Origin: Clostridia bacterium
Lineage (GTDB): Bacteria; Bacillota; Clostridia; Oscillospirales; CAG-382
Length of the DNA: 64,000 nucleotides
Assembly: GCA_017456765.1 (NCBI GenBank)
Contig: JAFTIR010000021.1
Span: 395 to 64,394, forward strand
Direction: 5' to 3'
This document shows positions 1 to 9,607 of the stretch, in pieces. The position numbers and the translations under genes were made by a program. The stretch's first letter is position 1. Each line of letters opens with the position of its first letter. Under the pieces are notes generated by a model. It worked only from the letters and a program-made list of their open reading frames with translations, was not told where the DNA came from and searched no databases.

Positions 1-159
1 CACGGTAAGATTTTCTATTTCAGACCCGGTCATGAAACATATCCCACATTTTACAGAGACGATGTTGCACTCATTCTTAAGAATGCTGTTGAATGGGCAA
101 AGCCTACAAATTTCACACGCCCCACATTGGGTCACTTTATGCCTCTTGAGAATGTTTGA
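1..159 (+). CDS. ThuA-like (trehalose utilization) domain protein, 3' part only
   Basis: Frame 1 reads HGKIFYFRPGHETYPTFY...NAVEWA to TGA at 157-159; GKIFYFRPGHETYP is typical of ThuA C-termini. Not in the ORF track because it is truncated by the window edge. Confidence 0.75.
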   Translation, partial: HGKIFYFRPGHETYPTFYRDDVALILKNAVEWAKPTNFTRPTLGHFMPLENV

Positions 160-174
160 TAAAGGAGAAGAATT

Positions 175-2301
175 ATGATTAAGTATACTTTCAAAGAAGC
201 ACTTCCCGTGTGGGAAGAGGGTAAAGATAAGGAAATGAACTACAACCTTGTTTTTCGCGCGGTTGTTGATAAGGCACAGAGTGTAAAGATAGCCCTTTCG
301 GCTTCAAATATGTATCAGATGTTCATTGGAGGAAGGCTTATTTCCGAGGGTCCTGCAAGAGCAGGTCACGGAAGATACCGTGTGGATGAACTTGATGTAT
401 CAGAATATATGACAGAGGATAAGAACATTGTCTGCATTTATGTTGACGGCTACTATGTAGAAAACTTCTATCTCATAAAGCAGCCTGCATTCCTCTGTGC
501 CGAAATTATCTCTGACGGCAAGGTTGTTGCTGCAACGGGTAAGGATGGTTTTGAAGCTAAGTATCATAACGAGAGAATGAGAAGGGTAGTCCGTTATTCC
601 ATGCAGAGAACCTTTGCCGAAGTTTATACATATGATGAAAACTACCGCGACTTTGAAAAAAGGCTTGATGCACCGTATGTTCCCGTAAAGCTTGCGGTTG
701 TGGAGGATAAAAAGTTCATCGAGAGGGGAGTGCCACATCCTCGATATGACGAATGTGATGCAGATAAGATTATAGCAAGAGGAAAAGCCACCTTCAGCGA
801 TGAGCCTGAAAAGCCTTTCCGTATTGGCTATGCAATTCCGTCAGCTACTATAAGAGGTTTTGAAAACCCCGATATTATAATTTTCGATGAAGTAAATAAG
901 GGCAAATATACACCTACATCTAAAAGCGAAGAAAAGGCAGACGTTGTAAATATAGATGCAAACGGTTACGTTATCTATAAAATGCCTATCGAAAAAACGG
1001 GCTTTATCCGTTTTGATATTACGGCACAGGAGGACACTGAAATTATTGTCCACTTTGACGAGGTACTCAAGGACGGTGATGTTCTTACCAATAGACTTGA
1101 AACACATCAGAGGGGTGTTGTGTGGTTCTTAAAGAAAGGCACATATTCCGTTATTACAAACGAGCCTTACTCTGTAAATTACCTAAAGTTTATCAATAAG
1201 TCAGAGGGTGCGGTTACCGTAACAAAGCTCGGTATTACCGAGTACGCTGCGGACGTTGAGTATAAACCACTCTGCAGCGGTAATGAAAACCTTGACCTTG
1301 TTCATAAGGCGGCTGTTGAAACATACAGACAGAACACAATTGATATTTTCATGGATTGCCCCTCAAGAGAGAGAGCAGGCTGGCTCTGTGATACATTCTT
1401 TACAGGAAGAGTTGAAAAATTACTCACAGGCAAGAATGTAATCGAGAGAAACTTCCTTGAAAACTTCCTTATTTCCGACGGCTGGGAACATATAGACAAG
1501 CGTATGCTTCCCATGTGCTACCCCTCGGACCACCTTGACGGACTCTTTATTCCCAACTGGGCAAAGTGGTATATTCTCGAGCTTCTCGAACACTATGAAA
1601 GAAACGGCGACAGAGAAATAGTCGATATGGCAAAGGATAGGGTGATTACTCTCTGTGACTACTTTGCCTCGTTTGAGAATTCCGACGGTCTTATCGAAAA
1701 TCCCGATGGCTGGGTGTTTGTTGACTGGTCTGAGGCAAACAATTATATAAGCGGCGTCAATTATCCTACAAATATGCTTTATGCAAGAACTTTGCGCGCA
1801 GTGACGAAACTCTACGGTGATGAAAAGTATGCAGAAAAGGCAAACCGCATAGAAGAGGTGATAAGAAAGCAGTCCTATGTTGACGGCTTCTTCCATGACC
1901 ATGCGGTGAGAGACGAAAACGGAAATCTTGGTCTCGTAATGGAGCATGTCAGCGAATCCTGCCAGTATTACGCATTCTTTGGCGGTACGGCAACGCCCGA
2001 AACATTCCCCGAGCTCTGGAAAAAGCTCACCGAAGAATTCACTCCCGACAGAGAAGAAAAGGGACTTTACCCCGAAGTTGCCCCGTCGAATGCCTTTATC
2101 GGTCTTTATGTAAGACTCGAGGCACTTTCTCAGTACGGTGCATATGACGTGCTTATGTCAAACATCGAGGGCTTCTTTGCACCCATGGCAAAGGAAACAG
2201 GCACCCTCTGGGAGGATAAGTACGGAATGGCAAGCTGTAACCATGGCTTTGCAAGCCATGTGCTTGTATGGATGGATAAGGCAATGAACAACAATAAGTA
2301 A
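175..2301 (+). CDS. Alpha-L-rhamnosidase-like glycoside hydrolase (GH78-like)
   Basis: 708 aa; DCPSRERAGWLCD catalytic-region motif, TGTLWE and SCNHG C-terminal motifs; RBS AAGGAG at 162-167; no signal peptide seen. Confidence 0.8.
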   Translation: MIKYTFKEALPVWEEGKDKEMNYNLVFRAVVDKAQSVKIALSASNMYQMFIGGRLISEGPARAGHGRYRVDELDVSEYMTEDKNIVCIYVDGYYVENFYLIKQPAFLCAEIISDGKVVAATGKDGFEAKYHNERMRRVVRYSMQRTFAEVYTYDENYRDFEKRLDAPYVPVKLAVVEDKKFIERGVPHPRYDECDADKIIARGKATFSDEPEKPFRIGYAIPSATIRGFENPDIIIFDEVNKGKYTPTSKSEEKADVVNIDANGYVIYKMPIEKTGFIRFDITAQEDTEIIVHFDEVLKDGDVLTNRLETHQRGVVWFLKKGTYSVITNEPYSVNYLKFINKSEGAVTVTKLGITEYAADVEYKPLCSGNENLDLVHKAAVETYRQNTIDIFMDCPSRERAGWLCDTFFTGRVEKLLTGKNVIERNFLENFLISDGWEHIDKRMLPMCYPSDHLDGLFIPNWAKWYILELLEHYERNGDREIVDMAKDRVITLCDYFASFENSDGLIENPDGWVFVDWSEANNYISGVNYPTNMLYARTLRAVTKLYGDEKYAEKANRIEEVIRKQSYVDGFFHDHAVRDENGNLGLVMEHVSESCQYYAFFGGTATPETFPELWKKLTEEFTPDREEKGLYPEVAPSNAFIGLYVRLEALSQYGAYDVLMSNIEGFFAPMAKETGTLWEDKYGMASCNHGFASHVLVWMDKAMNNNK

Positions 2302-2305
2302 TATT

Positions 2306-2331
2306 AAATCCCCGACTTTCGTCGGGGATTT
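2306..2331. terminator. Intrinsic terminator-like hairpin
   Basis: AAATCCCCGAC-TTTC-GTCGGGGATTT directly after the GH78 stop. Confidence 0.7.
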
Positions 2332-2360
2332 CACTTATATTGAACAAGTTGTTATGTGAA

Positions 2361-2406
2361 AGGCTCCCTCCGGGAGGGGGCTGTCAGCAAAGCTGACTGA
2401 GGGAGA
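2361..2406. repeat. REP-like double-hairpin element
   Basis: GGCTCCCTC-CGG-GAGGGGGCT, then GTCAGC-AAA-GCTGAC, then TGAGGGAG; resembles small palindromic intergenic repeats of gut Clostridia. Single copy in this window. Confidence 0.55.
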
Positions 2407-2423
2407 ATGCGAAAACGTGACAT

Positions 2424-3644
2424 TTATTCTTTTATCTCAAAATAGGCATAGTAAATTTGCTCGTCAAAGTCTGCCGTACCTCTGAAGTCCATGACTTCTT
2501 TCTTTATTCTGTACTGTCCCTTTTCAAGCTCTCCGTATAGCCATTCCCATTCTGTTTCAAGTTCAGTTTCGTCGTTATTTGCAATGCCGTATGCAACCAT
2601 GTTAAAGGCATAGTCAATGAGCGGCTTTGTGTCAACGGAAATCCACTTGTTTCCGACCTTTTTTTCTAAATAAAATGCTTCACCGGTCTGCAGAGTGCCT
2701 GTGACATTTCCGCCAAATTGCTTGAATACAATTGTCGCACCTTTGTTTGTGACATCCTTTGTCTTGAGTCTTAGACCCCATTCATAATGCCTATATACTC
2801 TGATTATCATGTGCAGACGTCCGATAGCGTTTATATCCATATCGCTTGTGCCGATAAATACATCTCTGTTGCCCTCGAGCGTGTGATACTTTATAATTTT
2901 AAAATCTCCGAAATCAAAAAGAACACTTCCTCCGTCCTTGTACTGCTCGCTTTTTATTTTGCCCAGACTTGACAGCCTGTTGCAGTCTGCAATAATTCCG
3001 TCCAAGGTGACCTTGCCGTAGGTGAGTGCTTCTTTGAGAGGGAGGGTAGCACCGTCAACCGTCACATATACATCAGAAAGTCCAAGGTAATAAAGACTAA
3101 AATCGCTTGCATTCTCGTCAAAATCAGTGTTGTTCGCAATATATACAAGCGTGTCGCCCGTATAATTCTCGGCAGCGTACAGTGGAAGCGAATCCTTTTT
3201 GTACTGAACCGAAAGCTCGAATTCTTCAAAGCCGTCGTGGCGTATGTCATCGGTTACGATTGTTTTTCTGCCCGAAATGGGAGGAATGTAGGTAATTACC
3301 ACCTTTCTTCCGACGCCGTAGAGATAGTCTATATGGTCGTGAATATACTCGAAGCGGATTTTTTTGGATATGTTGTATTCATCTTCGTCAATGTTGGGTT
3401 CGACAACCATGTAATATGTGTCTTCCTCAATAACAGTGCCAACAAAGCTCTCGGGCGGAAGCTCACTCTCAACGAATTCTGTCATGTCCTCTCCCGGTGC
3501 CTGTGTCTTGCCATCGGAGGTGTAATGCTTAAGTGTGTCGGTATATTGAAGTTTTTCCTCATTGTCGCAGGAAATGAAAATTGTCGAAATAAGCGCCGCA
3601 AGGAATACGGCACACACAAGAATTATAAATGTTCTTCTCTTCAT
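2424..3644 (-). CDS. Hypothetical lipoprotein, possible Ig-like C-terminal domain
   Basis: Start moved to MKRRTFII (ATG 3644, RBS GGAGGT upstream); basic N-terminus, hydrophobic stretch and lipobox-like IFISC; beta-rich C-terminus (WEWLYGELEKGQYRIKK). Confidence 0.7.
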   Translation of the reverse strand: MKRRTFIILVCAVFLAALISTIFISCDNEEKLQYTDTLKHYTSDGKTQAPGEDMTEFVESELPPESFVGTVIEEDTYYMVVEPNIDEDEYNISKKIRFEYIHDHIDYLYGVGRKVVITYIPPISGRKTIVTDDIRHDGFEEFELSVQYKKDSLPLYAAENYTGDTLVYIANNTDFDENASDFSLYYLGLSDVYVTVDGATLPLKEALTYGKVTLDGIIADCNRLSSLGKIKSEQYKDGGSVLFDFGDFKIIKYHTLEGNRDVFIGTSDMDINAIGRLHMIIRVYRHYEWGLRLKTKDVTNKGATIVFKQFGGNVTGTLQTGEAFYLEKKVGNKWISVDTKPLIDYAFNMVAYGIANNDETELETEWEWLYGELEKGQYRIKKEVMDFRGTADFDEQIYYAYFEIKE

Positions 3645-3715
3645 TTTTCTACCTCCGAGGTTGTGTTTTATATCCTTTAGACGCTTTATACTGTCAAAAA
3701 GTTCCAAAAAAGGAA

Positions 3716-3736
3716 AAGAGTCCTTGTAGGACTCTT
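3716..3736 (-). terminator. Terminator hairpin after amidase gene
   Basis: AAGAGTCCT-TGT-AGGACTCTT with T-rich tail on the minus strand. Confidence 0.6.
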
Positions 3737-3739
3737 GTC

Positions 3740-4498
3740 TTATGAATTGGGAATGTCAATATACTGCGCCGAGGCAAAGCCGAGTATGCCGTTGTGTTCA
3801 ACAACATACCAAAGACCTGTTGTACAGTAAACATCAACCGTCTCTCCGTTGGGAATCTGTGTTAAAATGTTTGCTTCAAGGTTGGGTCTTTCTCTTACAT
3901 TGAGTCTTCCGCCTGCCGTCGTTACAATACCGCGCCTTACGCCGCTGTATTCGTTTGGCGATACAAACAGAACACCTAAAAACTCCGCAACGCCCTGAAC
4001 GAGATTTCTTGCAATTTCGTTTATGTTGTTCTTTATCCATTCGGCATCTGCTACGTTGTCGTGATAGGCAAGCTCTGCAAGAACCGCCGGTGCGGTTGTT
4101 CTTACAACCTCCGCAAGGCTTGTTGTCGGAACGATTTTTACGGCAGAAGGATTAGGGTAGATGCTCATGAAGTTGTCGGCGAGAATTGTTGCGGCTTCTC
4201 TTCCGCGCCTGCTTCTTGTGTAGTAGTAAAAGTCAGAGCCCGACAATTGTCCGCTGAGACTTTCGGGAGAGGCATTTGAATGGAGCGCAAGATGTAGGTC
4301 ATAATTGCCTGCGTTTGATTCCTCGATTGCCTGACGCACAGTGTTGTACCTGTTGTTACGGGTGTAGCTGATGCCTGACGAAATAAGATAAGGCTCCATT
4401 GCGTCGGCAATTAAATTCATGTAATATTCTTCACTGCCCGAGCCGTCGTAGTATTTGTTGAACTCCTGAGTTGACGGACTTAAATAAATTGATGGCAT
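3740..4498 (-). CDS. N-acetylmuramoyl-L-alanine amidase (Amidase_3-like) with C-terminal SH3b domain
   Basis: IYLSPS...SEE, LALHSNA, PAVLAELAYHDN motifs; C-terminal LNVRERP...WYVV..NG..GF SH3b pattern; RBS GGAGG. Confidence 0.85.
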   Translation of the reverse strand: MPSIYLSPSTQEFNKYYDGSGSEEYYMNLIADAMEPYLISSGISYTRNNRYNTVRQAIEESNAGNYDLHLALHSNASPESLSGQLSGSDFYYYTRSRRGREAATILADNFMSIYPNPSAVKIVPTTSLAEVVRTTAPAVLAELAYHDNVADAEWIKNNINEIARNLVQGVAEFLGVLFVSPNEYSGVRRGIVTTAGGRLNVRERPNLEANILTQIPNGETVDVYCTTGLWYVVEHNGILGFASAQYIDIPNS

Positions 4499-4583
4499 AA
4501 TATCCCTCCGTTTTAGTGGTTATTATATTGTATTCCTTGTTCTGTAAAAATGTCACAGCGAATACACTTTATTGGGTGATAAT

Positions 4584-5168
4584 ATGCTTGCAAAAACTTT
4601 TTCTGTAATGATGATTGTTTCTTTCCTTTCCGCACTGATGACGGGAAATGCCCACAGAATGAGCGGAGAATTTGCGACATCTCTTTCTGACGGGGTGACC
4701 CTTTGTTTGTCTTTGCTCGGCATGATGTGCTTCTGGTCGGGACTTATGAATGTTCTGAGGAACTCGGGTGTGCTTGAAAAACTCTCATCTTTTCTTAAAC
4801 CTTTAATGAAGCTCATATACGGTAAGCACGCACTTGACGAAAAAAACGCCGAAAATCTCTCGGCATCCTTCGCGGCAAATTTTTTAGGACTCGGTAATGC
4901 GGCACTGCCTCTTGGAATAAATGCGGTGCGCGACTTTGAAAAGAACAACAAGAGCGGTAAGGCGCGCGATAGCACAATTATGTTTGCAGTACTCAACACC
5001 GTGCCATTTCAGCTTCTCCCGTCAACGCTGATTGCCATGCGTGCAGGATATGGCTCTGAAAACCCCTTTGACGTTGTGCCGTATATATGGATTTGCTCTG
5101 TAATAATATGTACCTTTGCAGTTGTTGTCTGCAAAGTAATGGCAAGGCTGTGGAGGGATAAGGAATGA
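4584..5168 (+). CDS. spmA: Spore maturation protein A
   Basis: ANFLGLGNAALPLGI and QLLPSTLIAMR motifs; ATGA overlap with spmB; start ATG 4584 behind GGGTG. Confidence 0.9.
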   Translation: MLAKTFSVMMIVSFLSALMTGNAHRMSGEFATSLSDGVTLCLSLLGMMCFWSGLMNVLRNSGVLEKLSSFLKPLMKLIYGKHALDEKNAENLSASFAANFLGLGNAALPLGINAVRDFEKNNKSGKARDSTIMFAVLNTVPFQLLPSTLIAMRAGYGSENPFDVVPYIWICSVIICTFAVVVCKVMARLWRDKE

Positions 5169-5692
5169 TACTTTTATCGAATTTAACAAAATATGTCATG
5201 CCGGTAATTTTGCTTGCTTTTGCACTGTTGCTGCTGTTTTCAAAGAAACCTCTTTTTGAGAGTTTTGTGTCGGGGGCAAGGGAGGGTATGGAGTGCTGTA
5301 TAAATTTGCTTCCGACGCTTTTACTTGTGATGTGCGGCGTGTCGGCGCTTTTCTCGAGCGGTGCGGTGGATGTTCTTTGCAGTGTTTTCAGACCGTTGCT
5401 TTCTCTTTTCGGCGTCCCCGAGGAAATGCTTCCGTCAATCATTCTCCGTCCCTTTTCGGGAAGCGGAGTTACAGCCGTTGCTGACAGAATGTTCAGAGAG
5501 TGCGGTGCCGACAGCGATGTGTCAAAAATCGCCTGCCTACTCATGGGCTCAACAGATACAATCATATATACTCTCAGCCTTTATTTTTCTGCCGCAAAAA
5601 TAAAAAGAACGAGATATGCCGTTTTCTCGTCCTTTGTGGTGTTTTTGTTCAGTATTGTTGTTTGTACTTGGGTGGGGAATTTGTTTTTCTGA
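5165..5692 (+). CDS. spmB: Spore maturation protein B
   Basis: FVSGAREG, LRPFSGSG, MGSTDTIIY, IKRTRYA motifs; follows spmA. Confidence 0.9.
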   Translation: MILLSNLTKYVMPVILLAFALLLLFSKKPLFESFVSGAREGMECCINLLPTLLLVMCGVSALFSSGAVDVLCSVFRPLLSLFGVPEEMLPSIILRPFSGSGVTAVADRMFRECGADSDVSKIACLLMGSTDTIIYTLSLYFSAAKIKRTRYAVFSSFVVFLFSIVVCTWVGNLFF

Positions 5693-5716
5693 GTGGCGGG
5701 ACACAGTCGCGCGAAT

Positions 5717-5752
5717 AAAAAAGAGAGATGTCATAAAACATCTCTCTTTTTT
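5717..5752. terminator. Bidirectional terminator between spmB and tRNA-Pro
   Basis: AAAAAAGAGAGATGT...ACATCTCTCTTTTTT perfect stem with A/T tails between convergent genes. Confidence 0.8.
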
Positions 5753-5828
5753 TGGTCTGAGTGGCGGGACTTGAACCCACGGCCTCTACCACCCCAAGGT
5801 AGCGCTCTACCACCTGAGCCACACCCAG
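5753..5828 (-). tRNA. tRNA-Pro(GGG)
   Basis: Minus strand CTGGGTGTGGCTCAGGTGGTAGAGCGCTACCTTGGGGTGGTAGAGGCCGTGGGTTCAAGTCCCGCCACTCAGACCA, 76 nt; anticodon arm CTACC-TTGGGGT-GGTAG; encoded CCA. Confidence 0.97.
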
Positions 5829-5873
5829 ATTTACCCTTAAGTTGTGAAAGGGGTCTTGCTCACAACGTGTGAT

Positions 5874-5902
5874 ATTATAACATAACGATTTTGGTTTGTC
5901 AA
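5874..5902 (-). promoter_or_regulatory. Sigma-A promoter of tRNA-Pro
   Basis: Minus strand TTGACA (5902-5897), 17-bp spacer, TATAAT (5879-5874), with extended TG. Confidence 0.85.
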
Positions 5903-6001
5903 TAGGATTTTGAAAAAAAATGAAATTTTTAACCTTCGTTCTTTTCCTGTTATGTCTTATGTATTCGTCAAAAGTTTTTTGCACTTTTTTCCAAAAAACT
6001 A

Positions 6002-6059
6002 TTGACAAAAGCTGTACTGCATGATATAGTACAGTTAGTACAAGCGAGAATGCAGTACA
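6002..6059 (+). promoter_or_regulatory. Sigma-A promoter with overlapping YtrA-type GntR operator
   Basis: TTGACA 6002-6007, 17 bp, TATAGT 6025-6030; palindrome CTGTACT-N9-AGTACAG at 6012-6034 (TGTA-N13-TACA); extra AGTACA copies at 6037 and 6054. Confidence 0.75.
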
Positions 6060-6097
6060 ATGTGCACATAAAAATATGAAAGGGGAGTGACAAAGAT

Positions 6098-6478
6098 ATG
6101 TTTAAGCTTGACTATGCTGACGGTAAACCGATATATGAGCAGATTAAGGATAACTTCAAACAGCTCATTATTGAGGGAGTATTAAAACCCGATGACAGAA
6201 TACCGTCTGTGCGTGAGCTTGCAATCTCTATGGCGATAAATCCCAACACAATACAGAAGGCCTACAAGGAGCTTGAGTTTGAGGGTTATGTCTATTCGGT
6301 AAGGGCAAAGGGCGTGTTTGTTGCGTCGCTTGAAAACATTGCACTCGATAAGAATACCGAAAAGCTCTATAAGAACCTTGAGGATGCGGTCCGTGAGCTT
6401 TACTTTGTCGGTGAAGATAAAGCAAAACTCATAGACGCTATTGAGAAAATATATGAAAGGGGAAATAATCATGATTAA
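6098..6478 (+). CDS. GntR family regulator, YtrA subfamily
   Basis: 126 aa; PIYEQI, PSVRELA, INPNTIQKAYKELE HTH; precedes ABC transporter genes. Confidence 0.92.
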   Translation: MFKLDYADGKPIYEQIKDNFKQLIIEGVLKPDDRIPSVRELAISMAINPNTIQKAYKELEFEGYVYSVRAKGVFVASLENIALDKNTEKLYKNLEDAVRELYFVGEDKAKLIDAIEKIYERGNNHD

Positions 6479-7373
6479 CGCGGCAGGCGTTGTAAAAACC
6501 TTCGGCGACTTCAGGGCGCTTGACGGTCTTTCGCTTCATGTAAAGCGTGGCTCTGTCTACGGACTCGTTGGCCCTAACGGCGCTGGTAAAACGACCATTA
6601 TCAAGACAATCATGGGTGTTTACAGACAGGACGAGGGCGAAGTAAGAATTGACAGTGAGCTTACATATGAAAATAAAGAAATCAAGAAAAAGGTAATATG
6701 TATTTCTGATGACCTGTTTTTCTATCCCACATACTCCATTATGGAGACAGCAAAGCTCTATGCGGGAATTTACCCCGAATGGAGCTGGGAAAAGTTTGAA
6801 AAAATGAAGGAAGTCTTCAAAATAGACACTAAGAAAAAGGTAAGAAGACTGTCAAAGGGTATGCAGAAGCAGGTTGCTTTCTGGCTGGGTCTTGCATCAC
6901 AGCCGTCTGTGATGATTCTTGACGAGCCGGTTGACGGACTCGACCCCGTAATGAGAAGAAATGTCTGGAAGCTCATGCTTCAGGCTGTTGCGGAAAAGGA
7001 AATGACGGTGCTTGTGTCAAGCCATAATTTACGCGAGCTTGAAGATGTCTGCGACTATGTGGGTATTCTCCATGAGGGTAGGGTGGTAATTGAAAAGTCC
7101 CTTGATGATATAAGGGGCAATATCCATAAATTGCAGGTGGCTTTTTCCGACAGAGGCTTTCCCGATGCGCTTGACACAAAGCTCGAAATACTTAATAAAA
7201 CAGGCTTTGGCAGCGTGAATATGCTGATTGTCAAGGGTGACTCTGATGAAATTGTAAGGCTTGTCAATGAGTATAATCCCGTAGTATGCGACATTCTTCC
7301 TCTGACACTCGAAGAGGTATTTATCTATGAACTGGGAGGTATGGGCTATGAGTTCGAAACAATCCTGCTTTAA
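6471..7373 (+). CDS. ABC transporter ATP-binding protein (YtrB-like)
   Basis: Walker A GPNGAGKTT, signature LSKGM, Walker B ILDEP, SSH loop; start ATG 6471. Confidence 0.92.
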   Translation: MINAAGVVKTFGDFRALDGLSLHVKRGSVYGLVGPNGAGKTTIIKTIMGVYRQDEGEVRIDSELTYENKEIKKKVICISDDLFFYPTYSIMETAKLYAGIYPEWSWEKFEKMKEVFKIDTKKKVRRLSKGMQKQVAFWLGLASQPSVMILDEPVDGLDPVMRRNVWKLMLQAVAEKEMTVLVSSHNLRELEDVCDYVGILHEGRVVIEKSLDDIRGNIHKLQVAFSDRGFPDALDTKLEILNKTGFGSVNMLIVKGDSDEIVRLVNEYNPVVCDILPLTLEEVFIYELGGMGYEFETILL

Positions 7374-9480
7374 GACGGTAGTAAAGTGCGACCTTAAGCG
7401 CTCCTGGTGGATAAGCGCTCTTGCGGCTTTGTTTATATTCATGAGTACAACGTCGCCGCTGTTCAACTACAGCTTTGATAACGATAATTACTATTATTCA
7501 AGATACGACAACGCTCTTGACTTTGCTGAAATGATGTTCGGTAACTACGTAATCGGAATGTTCGTTTCTGCATTTGTTGTGCTGTATCTGTTTTCCTATG
7601 TAAATAAGGTAAATTCCGTTTCCTTTTTCCACTCGCTTCCCGCAACGAGATTTACCCTTATGTCTGCACATATAACCTCAGGCGCAATCCTTGTCGCCTT
7701 TCCCATGCTCATAAATTCTCTCATTTCATTTTTTGCGGTGGGCAGGGGAATCAGGGCATCGTGGATACTTGTAAGCCTTGCAATGTACCTTGTATACAGC
7801 TTTGTGATTTTCAGCCTTACTCTAGTAATATCCATGCTTACGGGAGTTTCAATTGCAAGCGGTATTTTTACACTTGTTGTGGCACTTTTGCCGCTCTTTG
7901 TCTTTGTCTTTGTTTCTGAGCTTTGCTCGGATTATCTTTACGGCTTTGCAGACTTTGAAATATTTGAAGATGCGCTTGTAAGATACGTTTACCTTGCACC
8001 TGAGCTCTTGATGACACCGAAAGTTCTTATTTATATTGCTCTCATTGCAGTGTTTCTTGTGCTGTCGTTCTTCATTTACAAAAAACGACACCTTGAAAAC
8101 TACGGCGAAGTTATAGCATTTCCGGAACTCAAGGGACTTTTCAAGGTACTCTTCGGACTCTGCTCTGGCGTTCTCAGCTATTATTACTTTGAAGCCTTCT
8201 GGAACATTTCAAGTGTTCTCACAATGCTTGTTTTCGGTACTCTCGGCACAGTCATTGCCCATATGCTTGCCAATAAGAGTATTAGCCTTAAGGGCGCGTT
8301 AAAACCACTGCTTGTCACTTTTTCAATTATTCTTGCTTTGTTTGTCTCATTCTTCTTTGATATGTTCGGATATGAAAAGAGAATTCCTGAGCTTTCAGAG
8401 ATTGAATATGTGGATATAGGAGGCTTCTATTATGAAGATTATGCCTATGTTGACAGCGGAATGTACGGCGTGTCTGATATAAGAGTAGTAAGAAAGGACC
8501 CGTTTGTTCCTCACTTTAAGACAAAAGAGGAAATACAGCTCTTTCTCGACCTTCATAAATATGCTGTTGATCATCAGGAAGAAAATGATGATTGGAATGA
8601 CGATTTCATAACTCCCACATACAGAATTGTCGAAAGGCGCTACTTTGAAATTGAATATACTCTCAAAAACGGCAGTGTAATGAAGCGTTCCTACGATTTG
8701 CCAAAGGAAGAGCTTGAAAAGTATACCTCAAAAATATACTCATCCGATACATACAGAAAGTGGAAATATCCCGTACTTGACGGAACGGAAAAGACTTACA
8801 AATCTGTGTTTGTATACGATGACAGAATGTTTTATGATGATGAGTTTGCTCTTCTTTCTCCCGGTAAGGAAGAAACAAAGAAGTTGATTGAAGCGCTTAT
8901 CAAGGACAGAGAAAATATTTCCTACGAAAGAATGCAGGCGAACGATTACGGCTCTCTTATGCGTGTTGAGCTGAATTATACAGCGCCGTATCTTTCCGCT
9001 GACGGTAAGGAATACCAAGTTGAACTGTCGGAAACGTATGCGGTAAGCAAGTATGATGAAAATACCTGGGCGCTTTTGGAGGAATTAGACCTTTTTGCAG
9101 ATTCAAGAAAGATTACGGCGAAGGATATAGAGAGCATAGACGTTTATGTTGACGGATATTTTCCTGCAGAAGAAGCGCAAGCAGCTGAAGTAGTCGAAAC
9201 AGCAGTAAGCCACGCACAGATGAAACAGTACGATTCCTACGAATATGACGATGAAGACACAGGTATCAGTAAATCCTTTAACGAAAAAGAGGATATTGAA
9301 ATACTTCTTAATCTGTATATGAATCATCATAACGACACGATGAAAAAGGGACAGGATTATGTTTCTCTCAGCATTGATATTTATTTGAAGGAGAGTAATT
9401 CCCGTATCCGTCAGATTATTATTCCAATTAAGGATTTACCCGAAAATCTTAAGTTTATAGAAGAGCTTTACGTAAAGTAA
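7348..9480 (+). CDS. ABC transporter permease with large soluble C-terminal domain
   Basis: Many hydrophobic helices in the N-terminal half, FFHSLP..R motif; RBS GGAGG before ATG 7348; operon context. Confidence 0.8.
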   Translation: MSSKQSCFKTVVKCDLKRSWWISALAALFIFMSTTSPLFNYSFDNDNYYYSRYDNALDFAEMMFGNYVIGMFVSAFVVLYLFSYVNKVNSVSFFHSLPATRFTLMSAHITSGAILVAFPMLINSLISFFAVGRGIRASWILVSLAMYLVYSFVIFSLTLVISMLTGVSIASGIFTLVVALLPLFVFVFVSELCSDYLYGFADFEIFEDALVRYVYLAPELLMTPKVLIYIALIAVFLVLSFFIYKKRHLENYGEVIAFPELKGLFKVLFGLCSGVLSYYYFEAFWNISSVLTMLVFGTLGTVIAHMLANKSISLKGALKPLLVTFSIILALFVSFFFDMFGYEKRIPELSEIEYVDIGGFYYEDYAYVDSGMYGVSDIRVVRKDPFVPHFKTKEEIQLFLDLHKYAVDHQEENDDWNDDFITPTYRIVERRYFEIEYTLKNGSVMKRSYDLPKEELEKYTSKIYSSDTYRKWKYPVLDGTEKTYKSVFVYDDRMFYDDEFALLSPGKEETKKLIEALIKDRENISYERMQANDYGSLMRVELNYTAPYLSADGKEYQVELSETYAVSKYDENTWALLEELDLFADSRKITAKDIESIDVYVDGYFPAEEAQAAEVVETAVSHAQMKQYDSYEYDDEDTGISKSFNEKEDIEILLNLYMNHHNDTMKKGQDYVSLSIDIYLKESNSRIRQIIIPIKDLPENLKFIEELYVK

Positions 9481-9493
9481 TAGCTTCAACTTC

Positions 9494-9523
9494 AAGAGCC
9501 GCCCGAGGGCGGCTCTTTCTTTT
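9494..9523 (+). terminator. Intrinsic terminator
   Basis: AAGAGCCGCCC-GA-GGGCGGCTCTT followed by TCTTTT. Confidence 0.8.
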
Positions 9524-9544
9524 GCAATTATTTTTGTTTTTCTA

Positions 9545-9573
9545 TTGAAAAAGGGTAAAATTTGTGATACAAT
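9545..9573 (+). promoter_or_regulatory. Sigma-A promoter of the cca operon
   Basis: TTGAAA-N17-TACAAT with extended TG. Confidence 0.6.
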
Positions 9574-9607
9574 ATATTTTAATGTAAAATAGGGGTGGTG
9601 TTGTAAT

